Origin: Mytilus edulis
Taxonomy: Eukaryota
Assembly: GCF_963676685.1 (NCBI RefSeq)
Contig: NC_092357.1
Coordinates: 43,214,001-43,278,000, forward strand
Direction: 5' to 3'
Length of the DNA stretch: 64,000 nt
Below are positions 39,871-54,297 of this stretch, in pieces. Positions within the stretch are counted from its first letter, which is position 1. Each line of letters opens with the position of its first letter. The notes beneath the pieces are model-generated. The model was not told where the DNA came from and searched no databases. It saw only the letters and a list, made by a program, of their open reading frames with translations. The translations under genes and the position numbers were made by a program.

Positions 39871-41767
39871 TTTTTTCGGTTGAGGAGACCGAGGGGATAG
39901 AGAAGATATGGAATGAATAGGTCATGTGATATGACCATGCGATGTCAGAAAATTTGTCTGATTTATTGTTGTCTACATTTATATATCGTGTTACTGTAAA
40001 CGTGTGTGTATGAGTAATGTTTTATCCTGTCCAGTACTGTAGAAAAAGGTTCACATAATATGTCATTGCAAATAAGAAAATAACCATCACTGGAAGTCAG
40101 CCTATCAAATTTCTCCCCTTATTATGTGTACAAGGTTTAGTCACCATGTAACCTCAAGATTACAAAATATTCTATAGAAATCCCAAATAAAAAAAATAAT
40201 GGGCTAAAAAATACCCAAGACATATGTTTATGACACAGAAATCTTTTACTGCAATGAAATGTAGGATTAGTTATCTACAACTGTCAAATTCAAGGGAATA
40301 TTTTTTTCGACCTATTTTTGTATACAACCGGATGTGATGTACCATGATTTGGTGGTATTACACCTTAAAGAAATTGGTTTCGGATCTCTGTTATTCATCA
40401 AAAAAATCATGTGTTAAATAATGTAATAGGTTCAACTAATTTCCACTGCTATTTTCATATATGTTACAATATAGGCTATGCTTAGAAAGTATTATTTAAG
40501 AGGTCTGTCATAGGATAAGTTTTAAATTGTATTCTAAATCTTGCATTTTACATCACATTCGTATAAATCATATAAAAAAGGGAAAAAAGATACAGCTTGA
40601 AGAATTATCTCAAATTTGCAGCTAAATCTGGAAAACATGTTTTTTTTCAATGTAATTACGATTTGTGTATGAGTTGAAAAATATACAAGACATTAAAGAT
40701 TATTTATTCAACCATGTTGTATATTAAAATTCTATCAGAAATTTACCAATAATTAATTGGATTTTCCAAATGTTAATTGATATATTGATGAACTTGTTGA
40801 AATGTAAACTGTTATGATGTATTGTGCTGTAAACTTTTATTGAACTGTATTCGTCCCATTAAATAGTCCAATTAGTAGTACAACCATATGTTGGATTGCA
40901 GGAGTCTCAGCAATCATGATTCATGATTGCCCATCTCCTATTTGTTTGTTTTACAGTTTTTAATTCAAACAATTCATCAGAACTGATATACCATGTTTAA
41001 AAATACAATTGGAAGATTAGTTTTAATCTTAAGGTCTTGTTATCACTATAAGGTTTGATTCATTCATATTGTTAGTGATTTAAATATACAGATGTACAAA
41101 TTTGTGGATGGGGGTTTAAAGAAGATAATGAATGACCTTAAAATTAAAGATTACAGAAATGATGGAGCTTGAAAGATCATATTGCAAATAATTATAGACA
41201 GCAGAATCTGATTCAACTTTACTTTTGAAATGAGGAGTATATCCACTTTTAAATTACATATGCTGATACGGTGAAGATAGTGAACGATCCTAGCAATGGT
41301 ATATTAGGTCCAGGTGTAATGTATATTTTAACTAATGGATTTGTAGAATAATTATGTTTTATTGAAATAAAAAGACCACTTGCATACTTTCTATTCTTTT
41401 TTATGCCCCACCTACAATTGTAGATGGACATTATGTTTTCTGGTATCTGCGTCTGTTCGTCTGTCCCGCTTCAGGTTAGTGTGTTTGGTAGATTTTGATG
41501 AAGTTGAAATCCAATTAACTTGAAAACTTAGTACACATGCTCCCTATGATGGGGTCAATTCAATGCCAAATTACAATTTTTATCCCAATTTCATGGTCCA
41601 CTGAACATAGAAAATGATAGTGATGATGGGGCATCCGTGTATAATGGACACTTTCTGTTATATTTCAGTCACAACACACCTTATTGCTATTGAGTCCAAT
41701 CTGGGAAAAACAGAGACAACTTCCTGTATAGGTCAGTTGTTGCGAAAAAACAGAGGTCTTCAGCAAT

Positions 41768-42244
41768 GGGCCATTCCAGTTAATTTCTGACAGGTGGGGA
41801 TGGATGGCGAGATTTTTTTTTATACGTATCAGAAAAAAACATCACGAAAAACTACCTATCAGATATAAAAAATCAAGACCTATCAGATGAAGAGTTCCTG
41901 TTCATGTTGGGTGGATGGGCTTTCATGGAAAAAAATGACCTATCAGATTTTTTTACAGCAAGGATTGTACCCATCAGAATTTTAAAAACAATACCAGATA
42001 ATGCATGATACGAAACTGTCTACATTTCAAAGCACCTATCAGATCTGACATAGGCATTTTTGTTACCCCTAAGATGTAATCATTTTTAATTATTTACTGC
42101 TGCCAAGATCCTCAGAAGTTTTTTGCGTATAAGTGTACCTGTCAGATGAAAAAACCCAAAATTTCACCCCTAAGATGTAAAAATTTTACACCCCTCAGAA
42201 AGAACCATCCATCCCCCTTTAGCAGATATTAACTGGAATGGCCC
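41768..42244. mobile_element. PIF/Harbinger-like MITE, 477 bp
   Basis: TIRs gggccattccagttaat / attaactggaatggccc, 3-bp TSD AAT and internal acctatcaga repeats. Empty site at ~9351. Confidence 0.85.
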
Positions 42245-42529
42245 AATGAGCTGAGGGAGGAAAAAATATTTGGAAATTAAACATTGTACAACTTGGATAA
42301 TTTTTAAAGCAATTTTTATAAACAAATTAAAGTCTTTAAAAATGCTTTGTTTGATGTGTTTACAATATTTTAAACATGTCTTTGTGAAAAGTTTTATGCA
42401 CAATACATTTGTTGAACAAGGCCTTGGGTCGGTTCAACTGGTTTGAAGACGTTGTATTAGTTTAGAACATTCTTGGACTGGAATAAATAGTGAATAGGTG
42501 TATGGGCCAGTCCTATGATCTTGCAGTGT

Positions 42530-42690
42530 TATTATACCCCTGCTTTGAAAAAGGGGGGTATACTGTTTTACCTTTGTCTGTCCATCCATCCATCCTTCCG
42601 TCAGCCTGTCCGTCCAATGAATATTTTTCGTCACATTTTTCCCAGGAACTACAATACAAAGATTTCTGAAATTTGGTTTCATTATTTATC
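42530..42690 (+). mobile_element. Truncated HINE/DINE-like element
   Basis: tatacccc...gggggtata hairpin followed by a gtcc/atcc microsatellite; absent in the paralog. Confidence 0.5.
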
Positions 42691-43505
42691 TCTTAATTCT
42701 AATTGCTTTAAGGTCACCATAAAAGCACTAAAATATTAGTTTGAATCTTACTAATAAATACAAAGAACACTTCTGTAGAAACTCAAATGATTCACTCCTT
42801 ACTCTTTAGTTACACCATCAATAGAAAAATAAGATATGTGATATGTGAATTAAAAGGAACGTTGGGTATACACGAATGAAACACCTAATATCACAAATAA
42901 TAAAAAGTTATTCATTGTTCAATGACAAACATGCATTTATAGAATACGTGAACTTTTGAACACCGAAAGTTTAAAATTCATCAGAAACTATCAATGAAAT
43001 GGCATAAAACAACATTGCTGTGACAAAATTCCTGATTGAGAGAATGTTTTTTTGAGGACCCAATTGTTCCCCCTTTTCATCTGCTGTTATCAGCCTCATT
43101 TTAGTGCATGGTAAAACTACTGCTAGTTGGTTATCATGTGGCTTTCTTAGTTAAATGATCTGTAATCAAGATCAAGGTGACAGTTACATGATAAGGTTCG
43201 TGTCTAAGATATTGTAAGCAGTAAGTCAACTGTATTAAGTGTCTGGAATGATAATTAGATGTAAATGTCAGTCTGATCTTGACCAGTTTTTGCCAGTTTT
43301 TCTTATACCAGAAGCTTGTTATTGTTAAATTTATGTGATACTTGTAGATAAAATTTATCTTTAGGACTATCAACATAAATAAATAATGAATATTAAACCA
43401 AGCAAGACATTTTAGCGTGTGCACACTTGTTACATATATAATCTGAGGAAACTCATCGTTCTTTTCGTTTCAATTGCGCCATGTGTTGAGGGGTCATTGT
43501 AAGGT

Positions 43506-44614
43506 TGTTTGTCGAGCCTGCGACTTATGTTGCAGAAAGCTTGACATAGGGATAGTGATTCGGCGGCAGGGTTCGCTAACTTCTTTAAAAAAAAGCTTTA
43601 TATTTTAGAAGGTTGAAGACCTGGAATCCTCATGTTGCGAAGTTTCCGTCAGTCATATGTCCAATGTCTTTAACCTCATGTTCATGGTTCAGTGACTACT
43701 TTAAAAATAAGTTATGATTTTTTGTAATGTTAAATTCTCTCTATTATAAGTACTATTAATAGGATTACTATACTTGTTTTGTGCTTACCTTGCAAGGTCC
43801 TCATGCTCGTCAGACCGTTTTCACTTGACCTGGACCTCATTTCATGGATCAGTGACTAAGGTTAATTTTGGTGGTCAAGTCCATATTTCAGAAACTATAA
43901 GCAATAGGTCTAGTATATTTGGTGTATGGAAGGACTGTCAGGTGTACATGTCCAACTGGCAGGTATCATCTAACATTGTCCTCATTTTCATGGTTCAGTG
44001 GTTATAGTTGAGTTGTTGTGTTTTAGTCTTATTTTCTTATACTGTATGCAATAGGTCTACGAAATTTTGTGTATGAAATGATTTATAAGGTGTACATGTC
44101 TAGCTGGAAAGTGTCATCTGACCTTGACCTCATTTTCATAGTTCAGTGGTTAAAGTTAAGTTTTTGAGTTTTAATTTTTTTTAATACTTTATGCAATAGG
44201 TCAACTGTATTTGGTGTATGAAAATATTTTATGATTATAGGTCAGTCACACAGGTTTTATTTGACCTTGACCACATTTGCTCAGTGTTAAGTTTTTGTGT
44301 TTTGGTCTGTTTTTCTTAAAATATATGCAATAGGTCAACAGTATTTGTTGTATGGACGAATTGTTTGCTGTACATGCATGCCTGGCATGGTTCATCTGAC
44401 CTTGACCTCATTTTTATGGTTCATTGGTCAATGTTTAGTTTTCTTGGTTAATGTTAGGGCTTATGTGACAGTTGTAATAAAGCTTTATATTCAGGACTAT
44501 CAACATAATATTAATGATTATAGTAGTAATAGTTATCAAAGGTACCAGGATTATATTTTAGTACACCAGATGCACGTTTCAAGAAGGCGAGACATTTCAG
44601 CGTGTTCACTCTTG
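43506..44614 (+). mobile_element. HINE/DINE-like element, paralog of 10021-12165, with a ~60-bp retrozyme fragment inserted at 44521-44580
   Basis: 5' gtcgagcct...aagcttgac hairpin, internal tandem units and the same 3' end. Confidence 0.6.
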
Positions 44615-44833
44615 TATCCATTTAGTCCTGTTTTGTTTACTTTAGGCAAGGACTATTCCATTGCTTCTGATACATGGACAAAGCGATTTTATGTAACACT
44701 TAAGCATATGCCATCTACATTTCTTATTGTAGTAATATCTATTTATTAAATAAGATAAGATTTTCCGGTTCCTAGAGTGACCTTCATATTCAGGTCTGAC
44801 TAAGTTATATGGATTTTTGTGATAACAAGGGTA

Positions 44834-44975
44834 ACAGTTATCAAAGGTACCAGGATTATAATTAAATAAGCCAGACGCGTGTTTCGTCTACTTAAGACTC
44901 GTCATTGACGCTCAGATCAAGATAGTTATAGAGCCAAACAAGTACAAAGTTGGAGGAGCATTGAAGATTTAAAAT
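44834..44975 (-). mobile_element. Retrozyme-like fragment with C3-mutated hammerhead (44869-44911)
   Basis: Minus strand ATGACGA-GTCT(TAAGT)AGAC-GAAAC-ACGC-GTC; shares the C3>A change with the copy at 12457-12499. Confidence 0.65.
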
Positions 44976-46039
44976 TCCGTATTTCGATTGGTACGAACTG
45001 TTTGCAGCTGGTAGCAAACTTGTACCTGCACTAAATAGATTTATGCAACATCCTCTTAAACCAAAGAACTTGAATCTAGCAAAATCATTTAATACTACTT
45101 TGATAATGTTCATTGCGAAATGCATGTACACAGTTGTTTCATTCGTTTGATCTTTTGATTTTGCCATTTTATAAAGAACTTATCATTTTGAATTTTCCTT
45201 TTGAGTTCTGTAATTTTGTTATTTTACTTGCACTCCGTTGATTATTTTAAAGTAATCTTTTAAAACCCCGTTAATGTTTCTCCATTGTTACATATCACTG
45301 TAATTAAAGATACAATGAGCAACATCCGAGAGCACCTCAGTATTTTGTAGGGTTCGTGTTGCTCATACTTTAGTTTTCATTCTCGTGCGTTCTGTCTTTT
45401 CATCGTTTTGTTGTTGTTTTCTGTACCCTTTGTGTGACTTGGATGGAGAGTTGTCTCATTGGCACTTATAATACATCTTTTTATAATTATATCTATAAAA
45501 TATTCTTTTCCCAATATAAAGACATATAATTTTAAATGGGAAATATCTCTCATTCGTCTATTCAAACCAGCAAGATCAGAACCATTGCACGATGAAAGAA
45601 GATCGAAAGGTACCAGAGGGACAGTCAAACTCATAAGTCGAAACCCCACAAAAAACTGGGGGTGATGTCAGTCGCTCTGGAAGGGTAAGCAGAGCCTGCT
45701 CCACATGTGGCACCCGTCGTAAGGCTTATGTTATTACAAACCCAATAAATAGTCTTATTCGGTAGGTAACAATCGTAGAATGGGAATGTAGCTACGACAT
45801 AAGGAAATTTCCGATATCATCTGTGAAACGGATATCCCATAACGGTCAACAACTCGTGACGGCGTCCGTAAAATTTACGGAGGGATGATTTGGAAATCTT
45901 GGTTTAATAGCTTCCTTGTGAGCAGCAACCATCTATCAAGGAAATCATGGTAGAAAATACAAGCCCGGGAATGTCGTATCAATTGAAAGTAGGTAATTCT
46001 TTTCAATTCAGTTTTCAAATAAACGAATCGATGCTTTCA

Positions 46040-46493
46040 GGTTGCACTTTGTAAATACAGCTGTTTCTCAAAACACGTCTCTTTTGGGGAGATCTTGAAT
46101 ATTCATAGAAAATTAATTTTGTTTACATACTGATTCCCAGTTACATGTATGCTCTCTGTGTTCCATCTCACAGAGACATAACTTGGGAATGTTACCTGTA
46201 AATTTACATGTGCATATTGTTTACATTGAAATATGTGGTAACCTTTCATTCGAGGTAGTGGTAGTTAAGAAAATTAGTGTTAGTTTAAACTCTGAGAAGT
46301 TCAGGGCATATAAACGTTGAAAATATGCCGCACAGCCCTATATTTTGACCTTTGAAAAAAATTGTGGTGCATATGAACTTTCAATTCTAGGATAAGATTA
46401 TTTTCAAAACTTTATAGTAAAAGTGGTACAGTTTCAGCCATAAAAGAAGTTCCTATGGGAAATTGAATTGTCAATATTTACAGAAATGCAACC
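46040..46493. mobile_element. Non-autonomous TIR element, 454 bp, 4-bp TSD TTCA (Kolobok/piggyBac-like target)
   Basis: Imperfect TIRs ggttgcactttgtaaata / tatttacagaaatgcaacc. Empty site gttttcaacat at ~13630. Confidence 0.8.
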
Positions 46494-48231
46494 TTCAACA
46501 TCAGCAACGTTCTAATTCATAAAGACACCACATCTTTAATTCAAACTACTGGTATATTGGGTGCTCATAAAATTTTCTTGATATGATGCAACTTCTTAAC
46601 TGACATACAAGTGGGATGTTTAGATAGCTATAAAACTAGGTTTTTCCTACACAAACCTGTACAAAGTCAAGAATAAGAGAGTTGTTTTCATTCGTTCCGT
46701 TAATTGAATAATTCTAACATTTGATTTTGTCAGCTTTTATGGACTTCATCTTTTTAAAACGGAGTCGGAGTACAAGTTTTACTTTTGGTACTTTTGATAA
46801 CTATTATCCATGGCTTACAGAAAGGTTCTAGACAAATAAGGACGTAAAGACTATAAATAAATAAATGGTGAATATATTTTATTTTTTGTCACAAATTTAT
46901 TGTACATGATACAAAAACATGATAACGCTATACATTCACACAATTGATACAGAACAATTAAATTGGCTAACTTGACACGGTTTTTTTTTTACAAAATATT
47001 TAAAATTCATATGATTATATCATTTTCCTAAATTTGTTATTTGAACATTGAAAAAGACTGATTATCTACAAAATTACTTATTCAGGTTATGTATTAAAAT
47101 AAATCAATTAATATGTAAATAAAAATATTGTTATTTTTGTATTTTGTTAGTTTTTAAACATTTTATATAAATCCAAATTTTAGTTTTACAGAATGTTCAT
47201 TCTATTATACCTATGCAGAAAACTGTCAATTTTGTTTTTCTTCACATTTTCAGAAAAGGTACAAAAAGTTGAGGGCAAAATATTAAATGCCATTGAATAA
47301 ATATGAGATTTTTTTTTATATTATTTAGAACTATGAACAGTGCAATACAGAAGATCATGTTAGTACAGTGATAAAAACACATTTGACACACTTTTCTTGT
47401 CATTACACGATCTTCAAGAAATTAATTTGGAAACTGTAATTCATCATCCGATATAGTTCATCTCAGTTCTATGAAAAATATTGGATGATTCAATGATTTG
47501 TTTTCGATGTATATACCAATAAAATACAGATATATAAAATGACTATAGTTAGCTTCGAGAAAAAAAAAGAAATATGAATTTGTATTTAAAGATTGTTTAC
47601 TATTAAAACAATGATGGCTATATTAAGATATCAACATCACAAACGTTAAGTGTCATTAAAAACAAATTGTATTTACATTGTTGTGCGGATTTATCCGATA
47701 AAATTATCAAAAAAAAATCTTTATATAAATTTGATGCATTTGAAGTGCTTTTCTGGATAACCTTTCTATAATAAACCCAACATCCAATCCCAATGAAACT
47801 ACCATTGTCTCGCGCATTATTACCCAACTAGATCAAATCAGCCTTGCACTATATATCTGTAATATTATAAAATTATCACAAAGAAGCAATGTAAACTCAT
47901 AATACAACATTGAGGTGTCACTAGAAACATTGGCTTTAGTATTCCTGCACTAACAATACTTTCACTCCATAATATTAATGAACATATCACAATCACAACC
48001 AGACTGCATGCATACTTATATACGGGTATTAATAACATTGAATGTACCAATGTACAATGGTGTTAAAAAATATTCACCATACACGTCTTATATGTACAGC
48101 AGTATCAAAAAATAAAGTTTACCATATACATATTATATGTAAAGTGGTATCAAAAAATAACATTCACCATACACATAATTATATTGTATGTAAAATAGTA
48201 TCAAAAACAAAATTCAGCATATACATATTAA

Positions 48232-48469
48232 GGCAGCAACCATTTGATTTTCGGGGGGGGGGGGGGGGGGGGGGGCTATAGATTTTTTTCCCGGACAAAC
48301 AATTTTTTGGCGACAAGTCGAAAATAGTTTTTTTCTCTCAATTTTAGCATTCCATATAGTGGCAGATGAGGATGAAACAAACAATTTTTTTCTCAGGGTC
48401 AAAGACAAATGATTTTTTTCTAAAAAAAAGCCCCCCCCCCCCTCCCCAGAAAATTAAATGGTTGCTGCC
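48232..48469. mobile_element. PIF/Harbinger-like MITE, 238 bp
   Basis: TIRs ggcagcaaccattt / aaatggttgctgcc, TSD TAA, with subterminal poly-G and poly-C. Confidence 0.82.
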
Positions 48470-49161
48470 TAATTGAACAATGGTATAACAAAATCACGAT
48501 ACACATATTTTATGTATAACGGTATCAGATAATAAAATTCACCTTTACATGTACAGTGGTATTAAAATTCACCATACACATATTTAATGTACAGTGGTAA
48601 CAATCAACTCAATTCATCATACACATATCATATGTACAATGGTATCATAAACAAGTTTCCCCATACACAAATTATATGTATAATGATCTCAAAAAATAAG
48701 ACTCCCCATACACTTATTGTATGTACAACTGTATTAAAAACAAGTCACCATACACATATATGATATGTACAATGGTTTTAAAAAGAAGAATCCCCATACA
48801 ACATAATATGTACAATCAAGGTATAATAAAACAAGAATAGTCATACACATATTACATGTACAATGGTAAATAAAACAACAATAACTATACACATATTACA
48901 TGTATAATGGTATTAAAAACAAGATTCATTATACACATATTATATCTACAATGGTATCCCAAAAAAAAGATTCACTATACACATGTTATTTCTACAATCG
49001 TATCCCAAAACAAAAGATTCACTATAAATATATTATATGTAAAATGGTGTAAAAACAAGATTCACTATACACATATTAAATGTAAAATGGTATAACAACA
49101 AGATTCACTATACACATATTATTTGTACCATGGTAATAAAAACAAGAATCGCTATTATATA

Positions 49162-49620
49162 GGTGTCAGACCACCAATTAAAAATCCCTATCTGTTCAAC
49201 CAAATTTTGCAATTTTCTCAGCTTTCTAAATATTTTACCTTAAGTTTAACTTCATAGAAACGAGGTATATTCTTAATTGTACATGTATCAGCTTTCTACA
49301 TGCCAATTTTCACCATACCTTTAAAGCCTTCTAACAAAATAACTGACCTTCAAACAGAGGTACTCCAAAACAAAAACCTGGTTTTCTGGAAATCTAAAAT
49401 TAGTATACTATGGAGGGCATTAATCCTCAATTTTTAATGCAAACTCATAGACAAGTAAATTTTGGCTCAAGATGATCTAGATATATTTCTCTTTCACCAA
49501 AAGTTTCATTTCTGCAAATTTGTTGGTTAGTTTAAGTAAACAAGGACGTCAAAAGCACTATTTTGTGTCAGAGTAGGGCTACTTTTACATACGTTCTAAA
49601 TTGGAAGGAGGTCTGACGAC
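49162..49620. mobile_element. TA-flanked TIR element (about 459 bp) inserted in the satellite
   Basis: Imperfect TIRs ggtgtcagaccacc / ggaggtctgacgac. Absent at the paralogous site ~16440. Confidence 0.7.
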
Positions 49621-52600
49621 TAAAGACATATTATATGTATAATGGTATTAAAAACAAGAATCACTATACACATATTATATGAACAATGGCAATAAAACAA
49701 GAATCACTATACACATATTATATGAAAAAACGGTAATAAAAACAAGAATCACTATACACATATAATATGTAAAATGGTATCAAAAGAAAGATTTATCATT
49801 CACATATATGAAATGAACAATGAAGTTAAAAAGAAGAATCACTATACACATATTACATGTACAATGGTATTAAAAAGATGAATCACTATACACATAGTAC
49901 GTGTACAATGGTATTAAAAAGTAGAATCACTATTCACATGTTACATGTACAACGGTATTAAAAAGAAGAATCACTATACGCATACTATATGTACAATAGT
50001 ATTAAAAAGAACTATACACATATTATATGTACAATGGTATTAAAAACACGAATCACTATACACATATTATATGAACAATGGTAATAAAAATACAAGATCA
50101 ATATACACATATTTTATGTACAGCGGTATTAAAACAAGATTCACCATACACAAATATTATGTACAACAGTATTAAAAACAAGATTCACCATTTTCATATA
50201 TTATGTACAACAGTACCAAACACAAGTTTAACCATGCACATATTATATGTACAACGGTATTAAAACAAGAATCACTATACACATATTATATGAACAATGG
50301 CAATAAAACAAGAATCACTATACACATATTATATGAAAAAACGGTAATAAAAACAAGAATCACTATACACATATAATATGTAAAATGGTATCAAAAGAAA
50401 GATTTATCATTCACATATATGAAATGAACAATGAAGTTAAAAAGAAGAATCACTATACACATATTACATGTACAATGGTATTAAAAAGATGAATCACTAT
50501 ACACATTGTACGTGTACAATGGTATTAAAAAGTAGAATCACTATTCATATGTTACATGTACAACGGTATTAAAAAGAAGAATCACTATACGCATACTATA
50601 TGTACAATAGTATTAAAAAGAACTATACACATATTATATGTACAATGGTATTAAAAACACGAATCACTATACACATATTATATGAACAATGGTAATAAAA
50701 ATACAAGATCAATATACACATATTTTATGTACAGCAGTATTAAAACAAGATTCACCATACACAAATATTATGTACAACAGTATTAAAAACAAGATTCACC
50801 ATTTTCATATATTATGTACAACAGTACCAAACACAAGTTTAACCATGCACATATTATATGTACAACGGTATTAAAACAAGAATCACTATACACATATTAT
50901 ATGAACAATGGTAATAAAACAAGAATCACTATACACATATTATAGGAACAATGGTAATAAAAACAAGAATCACTATACACATATTGTAGGAACAGTGGTA
51001 ATAAAAACAAGAATCACTATACACATATAATTTGTCCCTTTGGTATCTTTCGTCCCTCTTTTATGTACAACGATACAAAAAACTAGATTCATCGTACACA
51101 TATATTATATGAACAAAGGTATTAAAACAACAAGATATTCCATGGCATATTATACTTTTGGTTAACACATAAACCCTCTAGCTCAAGTCAAAATACTAGA
51201 TATCACAGAAAATTTCCACCAATTAGGGGAAAGATACTTTATGAAAAATTAAGAATGAAATATTCTGAATTCTAAAATTTAATTACCAATTTCCTGTTTG
51301 TCAGATATATATATATACAAATAATTTGGATGGAGAGTTGTCTCATTGGCACTCATACAACGTCTTCCTATATCTTAATAGGAAAATTCTAAAATCTAGA
51401 AACTTTTAACATGTTTAAGTATTGCATGTTGAGAAATAATACTGTTTATCGATAAGAAACCTTAAAAAAAAGAATTAACATTCTTTCCAAATATACGCAA
51501 AAATGTCTCACTGCTTTATATTCTATTTGAGGATAAAAACAAAATGTGCCGCCTAAATTGAAAAATTATAAAACCTATACATTTCAAAGCATTACATCTT
51601 TAAGAAAAAAATACTATAGATAAAATAGAAGCACCAACAAAAGTATAAGAAGTATTAAAGCATGGTTTCTTAAACTTCTAAACAAAAATACCCATGACGA
51701 GAAGCAATTGCAAAATCTACATAAATTAAGGAAATATTAAGACTCATTATACACAATGGATTATGTCGACCGTTTATCTTATGATTTTTATCTATTTTTT
51801 TTATTGGGGGGGGGGGAGGCATGTTCTTAAATTGAAAATTAGAAGGAAGAAAAACGACATTTAATCTCCCATTTAGAAAAAAACACATGCTCTCCAACAA
51901 AAGATGAATGATCGGTGCCAAATCTTTGATAGTGTAATTACAATGACATCTATTTACATTTAAGTAATCGAATATTAGAGTTTCATATGGATATATAACT
52001 ATTTACACATATTTGAAGTAACCACAGATGATTAAAACATATTTTCTGATATCTACACATTAGAAACATTACATTTTTTGATAAAATTATTTTTACATAA
52101 AAAAATTTGTTTACATCAAAATAAATGTCTGTACATGTATAAACTCATTAACAAGTATTAAAGTTACTTTGAGTTTACCTGTCTGTACAAAGACACAATC
52201 AGAATAACAGCTAAAAAATTCAACATTATATATTTCTATATACACATAGTGACAATCATCAAACTTAAGCCTGTTAAGGGTACATCGTATTATCTATAAA
52301 ATAAAACAAAACACATTTACAGTCGTTTAATGTACACATTGATTGATTGATTGGTTGGCGATTGCTTTACCCAGCATCATACTTAAAAGCCTATATCGCA
52401 ACGATAATTGTTAAGTCACAAAAAATATGTATTCTTACCAATCCCATCATATGTCTTTATGTTCAAAAACCTTGATCGCTTTAAAACATTAGACTACATC
52501 TGCCATTAAGATCTATAACAATTTCTATCAATGAATACACAGAGCTATAGTGATTAGTTTGTACAAATTCTCAAATGTGTCAAAAATGTCAATTGCTATA

Positions 52601-54297
52601 ATGAGTCAAATTTTGATATATTAGCATTATTTTGATTCTAGCATGCTAGTATTCTGGTAATTTCAGAAAATTTATATATTATTTCCATCAATAAAAGTTT
52701 GCAAGTTAGTTAAGAAAAGTTCTAAAATTAGTATTTATATCTTAACTTATGTCATGTAAGATAAAATAAGATACGCGACTTTTGTAAATATCAATATACA
52801 CATTACACTTTCTGTAACAAACTATGCGTAAAGTTTTACTACAAACATTTAAATTATAAAGCAAATCTTTGAACACTATATGTCCATTAGAAGTCAGATA
52901 AAACTTTCTCTAACTTCTGTTCAAAATAATTTATTCTCATATTTACGCATTCAATGAAGTATGTCTTACATTAAAATCACCCCATGCTATGGTGCCGTTT
53001 ACTTTAAGAGTTCATTCTTGTTTTCTATTAGTTATATTGAAGAACTAATGATAATCCAAAAAAATTCGTTTAGAGGCCAAATCCATTGCATAATCTTATG
53101 CTACATTCAGTGTTGTTTCTCTGTTTGGTGATATAAACTTTTTATTTGTTCCTTGTTACTTTTCCCGTTCGTTGTCCAGTTGGTATAGATGTCAAATCCT
53201 TCGTTGTAATTCTTTTTATCTTTAAGTAGTTTCTTTTCCTCCATTAATGCCAGATACTCTGTTGTGACCTCGTTAGTCTCATGTTGCTTTTTGTATTCTA
53301 AATATCATCTTGGTACCTTATTACTTTTAAGATTTGTACATTTGGGGGGGAGGGGGGGGGGTTGGGGGGGGGGGGGGGTCATATCTCCTGCTTTTGCCGA
53401 AAAACATTTGTTTTTCCCGATTGTATCTAAACGATATTCGTTAATCTCTATCCACCTTTATCATCTGGTGTTGATTCCAGGGTTCTTGAATAACGTTTTG
53501 ATTTTCTCTATTTACTGATGATGTCCGATATTGACTTGTCATCTCTTCATTATGCATTTTCTTTGTACTGAGTTGCATCTACTATATCACTTGCTCATTC
53601 TGGGTTTATGTCAGACCTTTGCTTTTTTTTCGTTTTTTAATCATTTTCCGATCTTCTGAAGTTGTCAGATATTCGATTGCTATTTCTATTACGATTTTTT
53701 GTTGTAACATTTTGTTGATTTGCTTTTTATCAATATTAGGTATATACTAGTAATTATCAACTTTCGACTATAGTCAATCCGATTCTGATCTGAAATTGTC
53801 TATTTATACTTTTTTAGTTTTTCTCTATTTTAGATGATCTTCGATTGCCGCTTTCTTATAGATTTTGAATTGATCATGCCATCAGATCTTCTGTTGATAC
53901 TTTGACACTTTTTTCCATATGAATGTGCCAAGTATCTAAAAAAAAATAATTTCGTGTTTGGTCATTAATTTTCCCTCGCCAATTCCATCACTCCGTTGAG
54001 AATTAATGATTATCTTTTTTCACCAGGAACATTATGTATTCAAAATCTAGGAATCAAATAAGACTCATATACAGAAATAATTAAAACCTGAACAGTACTT
54101 AATTTTCATAGAAGTCAACCGATTGTTTTGTTTTTATTATTGCTTCCCAATTCCTCATTCAATATCTTTCCGAATGTTTTTATTTACTTGTAAACTAATA
54201 ATGCCATGACACAAATTTCAAGCTGCTATGTTCATAATGTAGTACCAGTTCAAAATTGAAAAATATACATTATGATTGAAACATTTAAATATTGAAA

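Larger units (their letters stand above)
48050..51030. repeat. 43-44 bp satellite, paralog of 15250-17110, with a 611-bp higher-order duplication
   Basis: Identical spurious ORFs at 50078 and 50689 mark the 611-bp period. Confidence 0.9.
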
